Source: Camelus dromedarius (taxonomy: Eukaryota). From it: a DNA stretch of 64,000 nucleotides. The DNA lies in NCBI RefSeq assembly GCF_036321535.1, contig NC_087437.1, forward strand, positions 4,030,001 to 4,094,000, read 5' to 3'. Both the position numbers and the translations under genes were made by a program. The notes beneath the pieces were generated by a model. It made no database searches. It had not been told where the DNA came from and saw only the letters and a list, made by a program, of their open reading frames with translations. Shown piece after piece: positions 1 through 12,991 of this stretch. Position 1 is the first letter of the stretch. Each line of letters opens with the position of its first letter.

Positions 1-134
1 TTATCCAATCAGTCCGTTGGTTAACACCTACGGCAATGACCGCCACCCTGGCCGTGTCAGTGACATCCGGGAACATTTACTGGCCGTTATTAAGTATTTT
101 TACACTCAGAGGCAACTCAGAAAGGCCCTCAGAG

Positions 135-350
135 GAGCGCTAGAATAGCAAGCCTGGGTTCAAGCCCTGATGTTGCCACTTCTAATCTGTGAACCCGGGC
201 ATGTAGGTCAGGTTCTCCAGGCTCGGTTTTCTCATCCAGCCAACGGGAGTAACAATTATTCCCGTCTCATGCAGACTGCTTGTGAGCATGGAACAGGATA
301 ATGCGTTTAGAGGGCTTGGCATCTTCCCGGTTGGTAGCAATAAATGCTTA
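135..350 (+). mobile_element. MIR SINE
   Basis: ctgggttcaagccc...ctgtgaacccgggc...ctcggttttctcatc...cttgtgagcat core. Confidence 0.7.
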
Positions 351-411
351 GTACAGTTCTAAACATCGGCAAAAGGAGAAGCAAGTCCTATGACAGGGTT
401 CCCCTTCTTAC

Positions 412-905
412 CGCGAACGAGCGCCGGACGGAGGGCACGTTGGTGAAGGCGATCACCACTGGGATGATGTCCAGGGCGCTGAACTCCAAGGTGGCCGTGG
501 TGATGGTCTGGGGGTCGGCGGACGGGCCTCCGCTGAAGAAGGTGGCGACCCGGCGGGTGTGCGCGCCCGGGAGCGCGCGCTTGAACACGTGCCTGGAGAC
601 GAACCTCATGGCCTGGCCGACCTCCCGGCCGGCTGAGGACCGCTCGTAAGGAAGGGCCTGGATTTCCCGGAGGAGTCGGTCCTTCCCGTAGGCGTCCGAG
701 AAGCGGATGAGGTGCCTGGCGTGGGAGTCGTAGGCGAGGACGGCCACGCGCGCGCCTGCGGGGCAGCTGTGCTCCCGGACCCGGAGGCCCCGCACCACGG
801 AGGACATCATCTCCTTCATCCGCGCAAACTCCGGCTCCGTGACGCCCCGGGACTGGTCCAGCGCGAACACCAGCTCGGTGGGATGCACGGGGCACTCGGG
901 TTTCC
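412..905 (-). CDS. COL6A6: COL6A6 exon, first C-terminal vWA domain (494 nt)
   Basis: tag|GGAAACCCGAGTGC...TTCGCG|gtaaga; [21 protein letters not shown]...[10 protein letters not shown] (ORF 388..888 frame). Confidence 0.95.
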
Positions 906-3900
906 CTACGAGGCAAGGGCACCTTTACCCGGAGCGCACTCGCTTAACACAGACGAAAGGTACCTGCTTGGGAGGCCGAGTACCTCTAGACGTGCAGTAT
1001 TAAAATAACTGAACGTTAAATCATGAGATACTAATCACTTAAATAGTAGAACAAACACTTAAAATATTAAGTGTGGAAACCTTGAATAATTACAGATGCT
1101 ATCAGAGAAACTGTGTGCTTTTAAAATGAAACACAAGAGGCGGTGGCAGGGTACAGCTCAGCCGCAGAGCACATGCTCATTAGCACGCACAAGGTCCTGG
1201 GTTCAGTCCCCAGTACCTCCATTAAATAAATGGTAATAATTTAAAAAGAAAAAACAAAAATGAAGCACAAGGGAAAGTCTCTAATCCGATTTGCGTTTTA
1301 ATGCAATTTGTAAGTTCATTACCAAACTCCTTCTAAATAATAAAGAGTTCAGGGGTATGCCCGTTTGCCTCCAGAGATTAGACCAATGGTACTGTGTTTG
1401 TTGCTGAAACTTCTCTCTGTTAAATACACTTCACGATACTTTTTTTTTTTTTTTAATTTAATGAGGAAACGTAACAGGGTTTACAAAGGGATGGCGGTCC
1501 AAGCCCTGCTGATAATCTCAGGCAGACTGGGAGAGGACTGACAGCCTGTAAGAACCACCATTAGATGCAGAGAGTGGGCACCGCAGGGACGTGTTTAAGC
1601 CCTGGCCCAACTACTCACTGGCTGTGTGACCTGGCCCCTGTGACTTACCCTCTCTGAGCCTCAGTGTGCTCATCTCTTTATTGGCCGTCCTAACCTCACC
1701 CCCTGCCTGTGTTGAGGATGGAGTGAATCAGCACAGGGAAAGTTCTTAGGACAGCAGTGCCTGGCACGTAGCAGGTGCTCAATCAACATAACCATTACTG
1801 TTATAATTATCATTACAGACTTACTCACTGAGAGAACTACGACTTAAAAGAATGCAGAAAGCTTTAACTGATACATTTTTACTTAACAGTTAGAAATGCA
1901 GGTTTAACCAATAAATATACCTTACGACTTAGAGAAACTCTGAAGTATGATGATTAAACTCGTATGTAAGTGTTACAATGTATTCATTGCTCCCAGTGCA
2001 TCCTTTTTAATGCTCGCATCCTGGTCACAGCGGGAGATTTCTATGTGACTGGTTGTCGTTCACCTCCCCCACTACTTCACGAAGCGCAGAGACAGGGACA
2101 GTGTCTCTGGATCTGCGATGGTTAGTCCCATCTATTCGTGTTTAGTCTCATAAACACTAAATGAACAAGAGCCAAACACAGACAGTTCTCTGCAGCAGGT
2201 GCAGGAAGGAGAGACGGAAGCCTGGCGTCAAGATGCACACTGGTAGGAGGAAATCTGGATGGCGCGCACCCCCTGGAGGGAGGCCTCCTCGCGTTCAGAG
2301 GCCAGTGAGTCGGCTCATCCCAGGTGAGCTCAGAACTCAGACCCACCGGGGCCGGGCCTCACCGCCTGAGTGCCAGAGTTTCAACTCCCTCTGGGCCTGG
2401 ACTCTGTGACCATCACAAACAGAAGGACCAGTAAGAATAAATGTTCAACCCCAATCAGACTGGATCTCAATGGAGACAGGACAGAATTCATTAGCTTCTG
2501 AGTCTGAGTGGGCTGAGCAGATACTTAAAAAAAAAAAAAAATTGAGCCCATGTCAATTTCACACTCACACACACAGAGTCAGATTAAGACCAAACATGAC
2601 AGTGGTTCTGTGAGCTTTTTCTCTGGGCTCCTATTTCATATGAGGGCAACAGCAGCAAAACTACAGTGCAGCTTCGGGTGTCATTTAGAGATAAAGGGAA
2701 ATAATATTCTGCACTCACCAAAGAGAAGGAAAAATTCAAGTTTTCAGGAAAAGACACCTAAGGGCTAATTCAGCTTGCTGCCAGGACCCCAGGGATTTTG
2801 AGGAGACTGGGCTGGATTGTGGTGGCACCAAGGAGGGTCCCCTCCAGGTGTGGATCCCCACCTGGGGACCCAAGGTGGCTCTGTGGCTCCGCCCTGCACA
2901 CTGATGGTGTCTGCTGGGCACAGAGCAGGTGACGGAGGAAGGGGAACCAAACACCACCACGTGCCTAACACCCAGCAGAGTGGCCAGTCCAGGCCACCGC
3001 TGCGTCTGCCTGGAGGAGCTCAACACGTCCCCTGCCCCCAGGGCCAGTCCTCTGACTTACGCCCATCCCCTCTGCAAGCCCTCTTCCACAGCAGCCCCCA
3101 AATAAGCGTTAACAAACTGTTCACCAGTTCACGTTCTTCCCTTCAATCCTTCCCATAAACGTTGGAGCACCTTCCCACTTAAATGACGTCCGGCCTCCTT
3201 CTTAAACCCACAGAGCTCAGCGTGGTCTGGCCCCTGCCTCCTCCTCCTCCCCATCTTCACACGCCAGCCTCCCCCTCCTCCCCGTGTCCCAGTCACACTG
3301 GGCTTCCGTCAGCTCCTAGCAGACCCCTGGGTCTGTCTTTGCACGCACAGGACCCCCTGCCTGGCTCTCGCAAAGCTGGCTTCTTTTCCTTCTTCATCCT
3401 AACTTCCATGCTATCACCTCAAAGAGGAGTCCTACACCCAGAGACATTTCTCCCCTCCCCTAGCTATATTCCGTGACAGAACACCTCATTCTTTCTCTCA
3501 CAGCAACTAAGGGATTCTGTGGTTCCTTCCTTTGTTTATTATCTGGGTCCTCCACTAGAGTGGAAGCTTCTGAACACAGAGTTTACGTCCATCTAATTCA
3601 GCCCTGCGTCGCCTGCATCTCAGAGACTGGCACCTAATAGGCTTTGAATAAGTACTTGTTGGGTGAGTGAACACGTAATCAGAGGGCAAGAGTTGATGGG
3701 TGATACCAAAGGTATAAGGGTATAAAGGTGTAAGTAGGGGATGACAGGTCTACACGAAAACATCACGTAACGAGTGTCTGTAACGTACCTGGAAACTGGT
3801 GCACAGAGATACTGACCCAACTTGGCAATTAACATCAGCTATGAGCTCCAGAGATTTTATCTGAGTGACACGTGCAGCTCACTTGCCGTCTGATCATCCT

Positions 3901-6900
3901 TACCTTTCTTCTCCACACTTTTGCCCTTGGCATCTTAATCCCTAACCACTGGACTACAGAGGTAATACGGCACACAAAGAGAGAGAGAAGATGGAAGAGG
4001 GGAGAGATACTATTACAGAAATTCTCTCGGTGAGGTAAATGGTGATATTGGCCCTTAAAATACGAGTAATTAAAAAAATCAAGCCACTCGGTTGACAAAT
4101 AGCTGGGAGACTCAGCTTCAACTCAAGTGATTTATTGGAGGCAGGTCTGCGCTACCAGTATGAGGCAGCAGAGAGTCCAGATAAAATTTATACAATTTGG
4201 CAGGCAACCCACGGGGCTAAGCCATCTTTCCAGATGTCTGACATTTTGGAGCTTGATTATAAGAGGCTGTAAATAAAGATTACTCACCGTGTCTGCTGGC
4301 TGGGGAAGAAAAACAAAGGAGACCGGGTTATTATTTGGGAGGACAGCAGCATTCTGTACTGTTAAGGAAATCGTGACAGCTGAGGCCCTGCCTTGGGGGC
4401 TTTTTGTAGCTGATTCAAAAATCAAGGCAGCAGATGGGGTTTGGAGAAGTACAGACAGGTACAGCCTCTTGGTAAAAGCGCAGTGCCTCCCACAGGGAAC
4501 AGGCTGGGAGAAGGACAGCCCTGCATCAGCCACGTGCAGCCAGCTGTCGGAGCCAAAGGGAAGGGACATTACGTTGCAGGAGGGTGCACAGAATTTGTAA
4601 AGTCGAAAGGTGCTAACCTCTTTCTACTCTCAATTTTCCCCACCGAGATCCCTCTAGCTGCCAATTATTCGTGTGCACACAGATCGATGTGTTTATGTAT
4701 GTGTATGTGCTTATGTGCGTGTATGTGTGTCAACATCAGAGGTGGATTTATTCTGAAGCAAATGAAGCTTAAGCTTTAGGACTGCGCCGTCCAACACGAA
4801 AAGCTACCAGCTTTATGCGACAATTTACATCTGAATCAATTAAAATCAAATGCAACAAATTCAGCTTCTCAGTTACACTCACCACCTTTCAAGACTCAAA
4901 GTCACAAGTGGCTAGTGGCTACCATACTGGACCCTGCAGAGGACACTTCCATCACTGCAGAAAGTTCTGGGCAGCACTGCGCTCAACCTCTCACCCTCGG
5001 GGGCCCCCCTCGCAAGACCCCAACACCTGTTCACGTGGTCATGTGCTTTTACACTACGCAGAAGTCACTGGGTGTGATTCCCTTTCCTGTTCTAAAGGAC
5101 AATTTTGAAATCATTTTGTACCTAATTCTGGATTTATACTTTTGTATTGAACCCCTTAAATTTTGCAAGATCAGAAGGGAGGGTATATTTCTGTGGTAGA
5201 GTGCGTGCTTAGCATGCACGAGGTCTGAGGTTTGAGTCCCCAATACCTCCATCTAAAATAAATAAAATAAATAAATGAACCTAATCATCCCCTCCAAAAA
5301 AAATTAAAAACAAAAGTTCAGGTCTCAACACACTTGGATCTACCCGTGAATCAGCATAGTTCATGGGGCTCCCATGTCAGAAAGCCCACTGCGCTAATCC
5401 GGCCCCCAAGCAACTCATCTTCACGACCCAGTGTATATATTTTGACTCCCATCATGGATGGTTCCATTCTCCTACAAAAGGAAAGTTGCATTCAAAGCTT
5501 GTACAAGTCTGTGTCTCTGAGACCAAGGTTCTCTACAGAAATGGGTTCTGATTTGTCTATTTCTCTCTCTTCTCAATGCTTTGAGGGGACTCTGACATCC
5601 TTTTCAGTCCTCCTGTTGATTTGGGAAGTCACTACGCGTTGTAGCTGAACCTTAGCTGACTCTCCTCACCCTGTCCCTGGAGTTCCTTTGATGGCGCTAA
5701 CACACCTTTTGATAGAAGAGGATGCTAGGTGGGTCTCAAAGCAAACTCAAAAGAGCATTTGCCAAATTGCAGTGACTTTTTGCTTTTAAAATGTTGAGAG
5801 AGGAAAGACAAGACAGACAGAAGGAGCCATTTCGCAAGCAAACGAGTCTAAGTAAAGGCAAGCAAGCCCAGGTTCTCAGGGAAGGAGGAGGAAAGGTGAA
5901 CTGAAGTCAGGGCTCCCACCCACTGGGACAGCCCCGGGACGCTGGCTCTTTCAAACCAGCTGAATTCTGTCCTATCAGTGACTGTCAGGGGCCTACAATC
6001 ATTGTAAAAAGCTGAACACAACTCTCCACCGGTTGATTTCACCACCAGGAGAGCGCTGACCTCGTCCCCGCTTTCCCTGGAGGAAAAGTCCTAGATCTGT
6101 TAACCCTTAGTGCACGGAACATATTCCAACAGACATGCTGGTACCCAGACCGGGCGTTAATAGTCACCAATCTACACTGACTCAAAAGCTATGCGGTGAC
6201 ATCTCTAAGGTTACGGCACTGGCTGGTAAATGGTCTCAATTTCGAGTGCAGAATTTGCGGCTTTTCTTCAAGGAAGGCGGACCACCCAGGTGAGCATTTT
6301 CAGAGGGGTACTTACGGCTGTGGTCCCGCACATACTGAATGAGGTCACACGTCTGCAGTTGAAAAATAAGACAGAAAGAATTAACCCTCAGCCTGCCAGG
6401 CCCTGCAGCTGAGAAATAAATCCACATCACAGGTGCTCAGGCTCTGTTGGGAGTCAGCAGATACGTACGGAGAATGAAGCCAATCCTTTGGCTCCCTTGA
6501 CACCCTGGGGAAACAAGAAGAAGGTGGTTTTACTGCTCCAGACACACACATCAGGAGACTGAGGGCGCACGAAAACTACCCTAAGAAAAGGGTCACTTCT
6601 AAAGGTTTTTATTCTAAGTTAGAGGCAGAGAAGGATTTAGGTAGGGTGCTCATAACCCAGTATTATTTCTTTTCCTTTTACAGAAGTGCTCAGGGGTGGG
6701 AAGGGCTGAGATGCTGGTGGTGACAATGAGAAGGGAGGGGGTCTCGTGTGAGGGAGAGCAGCGGGTGGGGGGTCAGGAGGCACGGACTTCCAGTGAGAAG
6801 ATGGGTTAGTTCCAGGGGCATCACGTACAGCGTGGGGACTACAGTTAACAGCGCTGCATTAGGTCCTGATCATCTCAATCGATGCAGAAAAAGCATTTGG

Positions 6901-9900
6901 TAAAATTCAACACCCATTTATGATAAAAACTCTTGCCAAAGTGGGTATAGAGGGAACATATCTCAACATCATAAAAGCTATATATGACAAACCTACAGCC
7001 AGCATAGCACTCAACGGTGAAAAACTCAAAACCTTCCCACTAAAATCTGGGACAAGACAAGGCTGCCCACTATCACCGCTCCTATTCAACATAGTCTTGG
7101 AAGTCCTGGCCACAGCGATCAGGCAAGAGAGAGAAATAAAAGGGATCCAAATTGGAAAAGAAGAGGTGAAAGTGTCACTATATGCTGACGACATGTTACT
7201 ATATATAGAAAACCCTAAAAGGTCCACACAAAAACTACTAGAGCTGATCGAAGAATTCAGCAAGGTAGCAGGTTACAAGATTAACGTTCAAAAATCAGTT
7301 GCATTTCTTTACACTAACGATGAATCAACAGAAAAAAGAATGTAAAGAAATAATCCCCTTTAAAATAGCACCCAAAGTAATAAAATATCTGGGAATAAAT
7401 CTAACCAAGGAGGTGAAAGAATTATATACAGAAAACTATAAACCACTGATGAAGGAAATTAAAGAAGACTTTAAAAAATGGAAATATATCCCATGCTCTT
7501 GGATTGGAAGAATCAATATTGTTAAAATGGTCACACTGCCCAAGGCAATCTACAGGTTTAATGCAATCCCTATCAAATTACCCAGGACATATTTCACAGA
7601 AGTAGAACAAAGCATAATAAAATTCATATGGATCCACAAAAGACCTAGAATTGCCAAAGCATTACTGAAGAGAAAGAAAGAGGCTGGAGGAATAACTCCC
7701 AGACTTCAGACACTACTATAGAGCTACAGTGATCAAGACAGCATGGTATTGGTACAAAAACAGACCTATAGACCAATGGAACAGAATAGAGAGCCCAGAA
7801 ATGAACCCACAAACTTTTGGTCAACTAATCTTTGACAAAGGAGGCAAGAAAAACAATGGAATAAAGACAGTCTCTTCAGCAAATGGTGTTGGGAAAACGG
7901 GACAGCAGCATGTAAAGCAGTGAAGCTAGAACACTCCCTTACACCATACACAAAAATCAACTCAAAGTGGATCAAAGACTTAAACATAAGACAAGATACA
8001 ATAAACATCCTAGAGGAAAATATAGGCAAAACATTATCTGACATACATCTCAAAAATGTTCTCCTAGAAGAAATAAAAGCAAGAAGAAACAAATGGGACC
8101 TAATGAAACTTACAAGCTTCTGCACAGCAAAGGAAACCATAAGTAAAACAAAAAGACAACCTACGGAATGGGAGAAAATCTTTGCAAATGGAACCGACAA
8201 AGGCTTGATCTCCAGAATATATAAGCAGCTCCTACGACTTAATAAGAAACAACCAAACAACCCAATCCAAAGATGGGCAAAAGACCTGAACAAGCAATTC
8301 TCCAAGGAAGAAATACAAATGATCAATAGGAACATGAAAAAATGCTCAATATCACTAATTATCAGAGAAATGCAAATCAAAACTACAATGAGGTATGGCC
8401 AGTTTCTAAGAGAGTAGCTGTTAAAAGTTCTCCTCATGAGAAAAAAAAGTGTACCTATGTGAAGTGATGGATGTTAATTAAACTTATCCTGGCCATCACT
8501 TCACAGTACATCCAAATAGCAAATCATTACATTGTATGCTTAAAACTGATACAGTTACAGGTTAATTTGACCTCCATGAAGCTGGGAAAAACTTATACAA
8601 CCTAGCTTAAGAAACATCTGTTTATATCAAGTTTTTTTTAAAAAAAAATGAATGTACATTGAAAAAAATGCAAAACAAAAGAAAGTACCGAGCAGGGAAC
8701 ACTCAGTGGGGCCGGGTGAGGGTGTGACGGGGTGTGAGGGTCCCTTTCCTTTCTGCCGGACGCTGCCCTCTGCTCCCTCTCCTTCCCAAGTCGGGGGGAT
8801 GCTGTGGTCCTTGTTCACACCGACGCTGCCCGTCATCAGCTCGTGATCAGTAACGTTCAAAGGGGAAGAACTGTAAGCAGTGAGCCCCCAGTGGCCGCTT
8901 TCCTCCAGCGGCATCTCTAGATGATGCAGGTTGTCCAGGAGCTAAGGATGTGGCTGCCCCTCCTTAAGACAGAGGTTCCAAGTCCCCCCAGTGCTCTGCC
9001 TGCCCACCGGGTGGCCCGGAGCGGAACCCTCATCTGCTCCCGTCACCAGCTGGCCGACAAGGTGACCAGACTCACACCTAACACCTGGAGAGGTAATCCT
9101 TGTTGTCTTCCAAACATGAATATGTATCTCTCTCGGGGACAGGAAGACCAGAGGGGGACTGGTTTTAATTTCATACATCCAGTCCCCTCTTTGGAACAAG
9201 AAGGGTCTGGCTACTCTCAAACAGAGACACTTGGGGGAAAGATGCCCTGAAGAAAATAAATTCCGTGTGAATGTAACGTAGTAACTTAGTCACTATTTGT
9301 GCACTTTTTTCCCTCTCTCTTTCATTCGACTACTTACTAAAATAAGAAAAGGGCAAGGCTTGGACAGATACAGAACATTCACTGAGAAGCCCCACTGTAG
9401 TCTAGTGCTTCTCATTTCCTTCCTCAAGTCCCCCACCACCCAATGTTTAATTGGCATTTTTCCCCCTCCTCTCTGAGCACATTAAGGTGGAAAAATAGTG
9501 CAAATCACTGCCAAGCTGCAATCACAGGAGGCACACGCATATGGATCGTGAAGACTTCGCGCACTGAGAAAAGGAACTGATGTGATGGATGGTTTTTTAA
9601 CTTACCTTGCGTCCAGGAGGTCCCAGCTCCCCAGGGGATCCCGGTTCTCCTGGAAGCCCCGCGGACACCTCAAAGCAGAATGCATTCACTTTAAAATCGT
9701 ATTTATACATGTATGTGTGGGTGGGGGTGTGGGTGTTTTCAGCTTCAAAGGTAATATACTTCCATTTTAGAAAATTGCTGCGGATTCTTTTTTCCTTCTG
9801 TGCACTTTTCAGAAGCTCACAGAAGGAAAAAAAATCCTCAGGAATCTCTTCTCCGCCTCTCTCCCCAATAATCCTTGTTAACATTTTCGCGTCTTTTCTT

Positions 9901-11769
9901 CTAGTCTTTTATTTATTTATCCTTTTGGTATTAATCTCTATATATTTTACAATATTATACTTTTTCCTGTTGCCTTTTAAACTAAGTAGATATCTCTGGG
10001 CATTTTCATGTTACCAAATATTCTTTTGTAAAAATCACCTTTCACGGCTGCTGCAGTATTCCATGACACGGATATATCATGATTTATTTAACGGTTGGCA
10101 TTTAAGTTTTCTGTTATTGAATAAGCAATGCCACTGCAAAGTCATACGTGCGGTTCTGGTTATTTCCTTAGGGAAGCTTGCTAGGACAAAGGAGAAATTT
10201 TTATCTAAATGAATTTTTATCTAAATTTATCTATATTTGGGGGGAGCGTATAGCTCAGTGGTACAGTGCGTGCTTAGCAAGCACGAAGTCCTGGGTTCAG
10301 TGCCCAGTGCCTCCATCAAAATAAATAAATAAAATAAATAAACCTAATCCCCCCCCCAAAAAACCCCAAACAAATAAGTATCTACATTTACTAGGTGACC
10401 ACACTGAAAAACAAACAGATGAAAAAAAAAAAAACCCCAGAAAAATAAAAATTTAAATATAAGGGGGGAGCGTATACCTCAGTGGTAGAGTGCGCGCTTA
10501 GCATGCACAAGGTCCTGGGTTCAGTCCCCAGTCCCTCCGTTAAATAAATATATAAATAAATAAAAATAAATAAACCTAAATGTAAAAACCGTTGAAACAA
10601 CAACAACAAGAAAACATTTAAGAGCTGGCTGGAAATGGGGAAAAACAGCAGAAAATAAAAACAATGGTTGACTATTTATCGCATGCATGTGCCGTCAACA
10701 ATGCAATTTCTCATCAAGAAAGCCACAGTTTAGTTTAAGAAGTAGGACAATGTTTTTCTGTTCATTCAAAAGGTCATGAGATTTATAACTTTCATAGGAA
10801 TAAAGAACCAAGCTGTCTAAAATCAGCTTAATTTTTAAGAAGGTTGCCCACAGAATGGCAAATAATTATCAATGTCCTCTGGGCACTCCAGCGATATTCA
10901 CAGCACGCTGGGTTAAGTGGGGGAAAAAAACCCAACCACTGTACTGATCATATTTTATTTAGAAGGTATAGATTAGCCTCCAGGGAAAAAAATGACAGAC
11001 TGAATATATGTATTCACTTTTGCTCCCTTCCCAGTGTCTCACTAAATTACTAGTAAGATTTTTTTTTAAGGCAAAAAAACAAAAACAAAAACAAAAAAAC
11101 AAAAAAACCAGCATGGGGATAATAAGAAAGGAGACAACAGCCACCAAACTTGGGAAGCTGGAAAGAGCACAAGTCAAAGTATCACATGACTCGGCAGAGC
11201 TGGAAAAAAGCCGAATCTGAGACCCACAGCAGGAACGCCAGGAACCTGTGATTTCTAACATGTTCTCCCAAGATGCTTCTAGAATTGGAGGTGAAACGGA
11301 GAGGCTAAATAAGGCAGACTGACTGAAAATCATTTTAGAAATCCCCCAGACCCCTCCCCATTCTCCACAGGTGGGTGAATGTCCCTTCTTCTACCCAAAG
11401 ACCGAGGGGAAACCGAGGTGCCTGCGCGAGGGCGCTCCAGGCAGAGCCGAGGCCAGCGGCCCTGCTCAGGGCACGGGAGACTGAACAAAGGTGTGGAGGA
11501 GATGCGAGGCCCGCTGGGAGGCTGGCACCCAGACCTCCACCCACAGGCAGGAGACTGAGAGAATCTTCTCAGGGTATCTGACCAGACAGAGAGGGCAGAC
11601 CTAAAGATGCTAGGGGCAGGTGGCTAAGTACTCAGGCAGATCGCCCCCCAGGGCAGCTTGTATTTGCCAAGGCCCACCCATGTCCTCGGGGCTTCCCGGC
11701 AGACTTTTTGTCCTCAATTCTCAAGTTGAAAGAGGAAACTTAGTCCCCAGACCTGCGAGACAGAGCAAG

Positions 11770-11800
<31 letters not shown>

Positions 11801-12954
11801 AATCCCACACTGCAGGAAATGGATTACGTTGAGCAGAGAAGACTTAAAAATATGAATGTACATCGTCAGAGAGAGAAGAGATGTTTCAACCAGGAAACAA
11901 CAATAGGATAGTATAAAAAAGGAATATTCAGAGAGCAAAAATGAGTGCTTGAAAGTTAACATGCGAGAAGAGCCTTGTGATAAGAGAGATTTTCACAGAC
12001 TGAGAGACAGGGAAGTCATTCGGGCTTACAGATGAGTTCACTTGAATTTGATGCTGGCTGCAACAGCTAGTGGTCTATCAAACATACACTGTACATCTGC
12101 TTTAATTATTAAAGACAAGGGCACATGGACCAGAAGAAAAGAATGTTCATGTTGAAAATAAAGATTAAATGCCTCTCTTCCCAGGACGGCAATGCTGCTC
12201 CTCCTTTGATGCCAAGCCTCTCTTCTCAGGTGCCAAGGCCACTGTCACTCACTGCATACGTGCTGGTCTGTTCTTTTTTCCTTCTAAACCTTGAAGAAAT
12301 ATACCCCTGACTTGTTAATGGTTCTTTACTCTGACAAGATATAAACCTGTGCTGGAAACCCTGCTTCTCCAGAGCAGTTTCTCAGAGTCACCTGGGGAGT
12401 GTGGGCTTCTGGACCGGTCTTCAGTTTGGCTCAAAAAAAACTCTTTCCTATTCTTATGATTGATTGTTTATTGATTATGTATGTTGACACTTGTATGACA
12501 AAGTCAAAGAAATCTCCCAGAAAGTAGAGCAAAAAGACAACCTTTAGAGAAATAGGAGGTCCATGGCAGAGGGATTAATATTTTTTCTGTAACAAACCTT
12601 ATGCAATTAGTTGACTCTTTAAACCAGGGGTCCTTAACCAGAGGGGATTTTGTGTCCCCCGTCCCCCACTCCTGCGGGGACATTTGACAATGTCTGGAGA
12701 CATTCTGCGCTGTCATAATGGGGGGGGGGGAGGGGTGGTGGATGCTGACATCTACTGGGTAGAGACCAGAGATGCTGCTCTTCATCCTACAATGCACAGG
12801 ACGGCCCCTCCTCCTGCAATTATCCAGCCCCGAACGTCAGTAGTGCGGAGTCTGAGGAACCCTGCCTTGAAGTATGTGCACGTGTAAAGCTGATAAAAAG
12901 TACAGACACAAACATACCTGTATACCCAAAACAAGACTGGTTAAAAACCATGGC

Positions 12955-12991
<37 letters not shown>

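Noticed and set aside
344..1008. Overlapping ORFs 344..649(+), 359..922(-) and 712..1008(+)
   Set aside because: Shadow frames of a GC-rich exon that is depleted of stop codons; no recognisable protein.
6907..8437. Functional reverse transcriptase gene or antisense ORFs (6907..7263, 7766..8437)
   Set aside because: Frameshifted, doubly truncated L1 ORF2; antisense ORFs are a common L1 artefact.
9607..10212. 201-aa plus-strand ORF with a hydrophobic stretch
   Set aside because: Antisense of a collagen exon running into T-rich old repeat sequence; non-ATG start; low complexity.
10239..10320. tRNA-Ala-like genes (this and the other SINE heads)
   Set aside because: Multiple diverged copies with A-rich tails and TSDs; these are SINEs, not tRNA genes.
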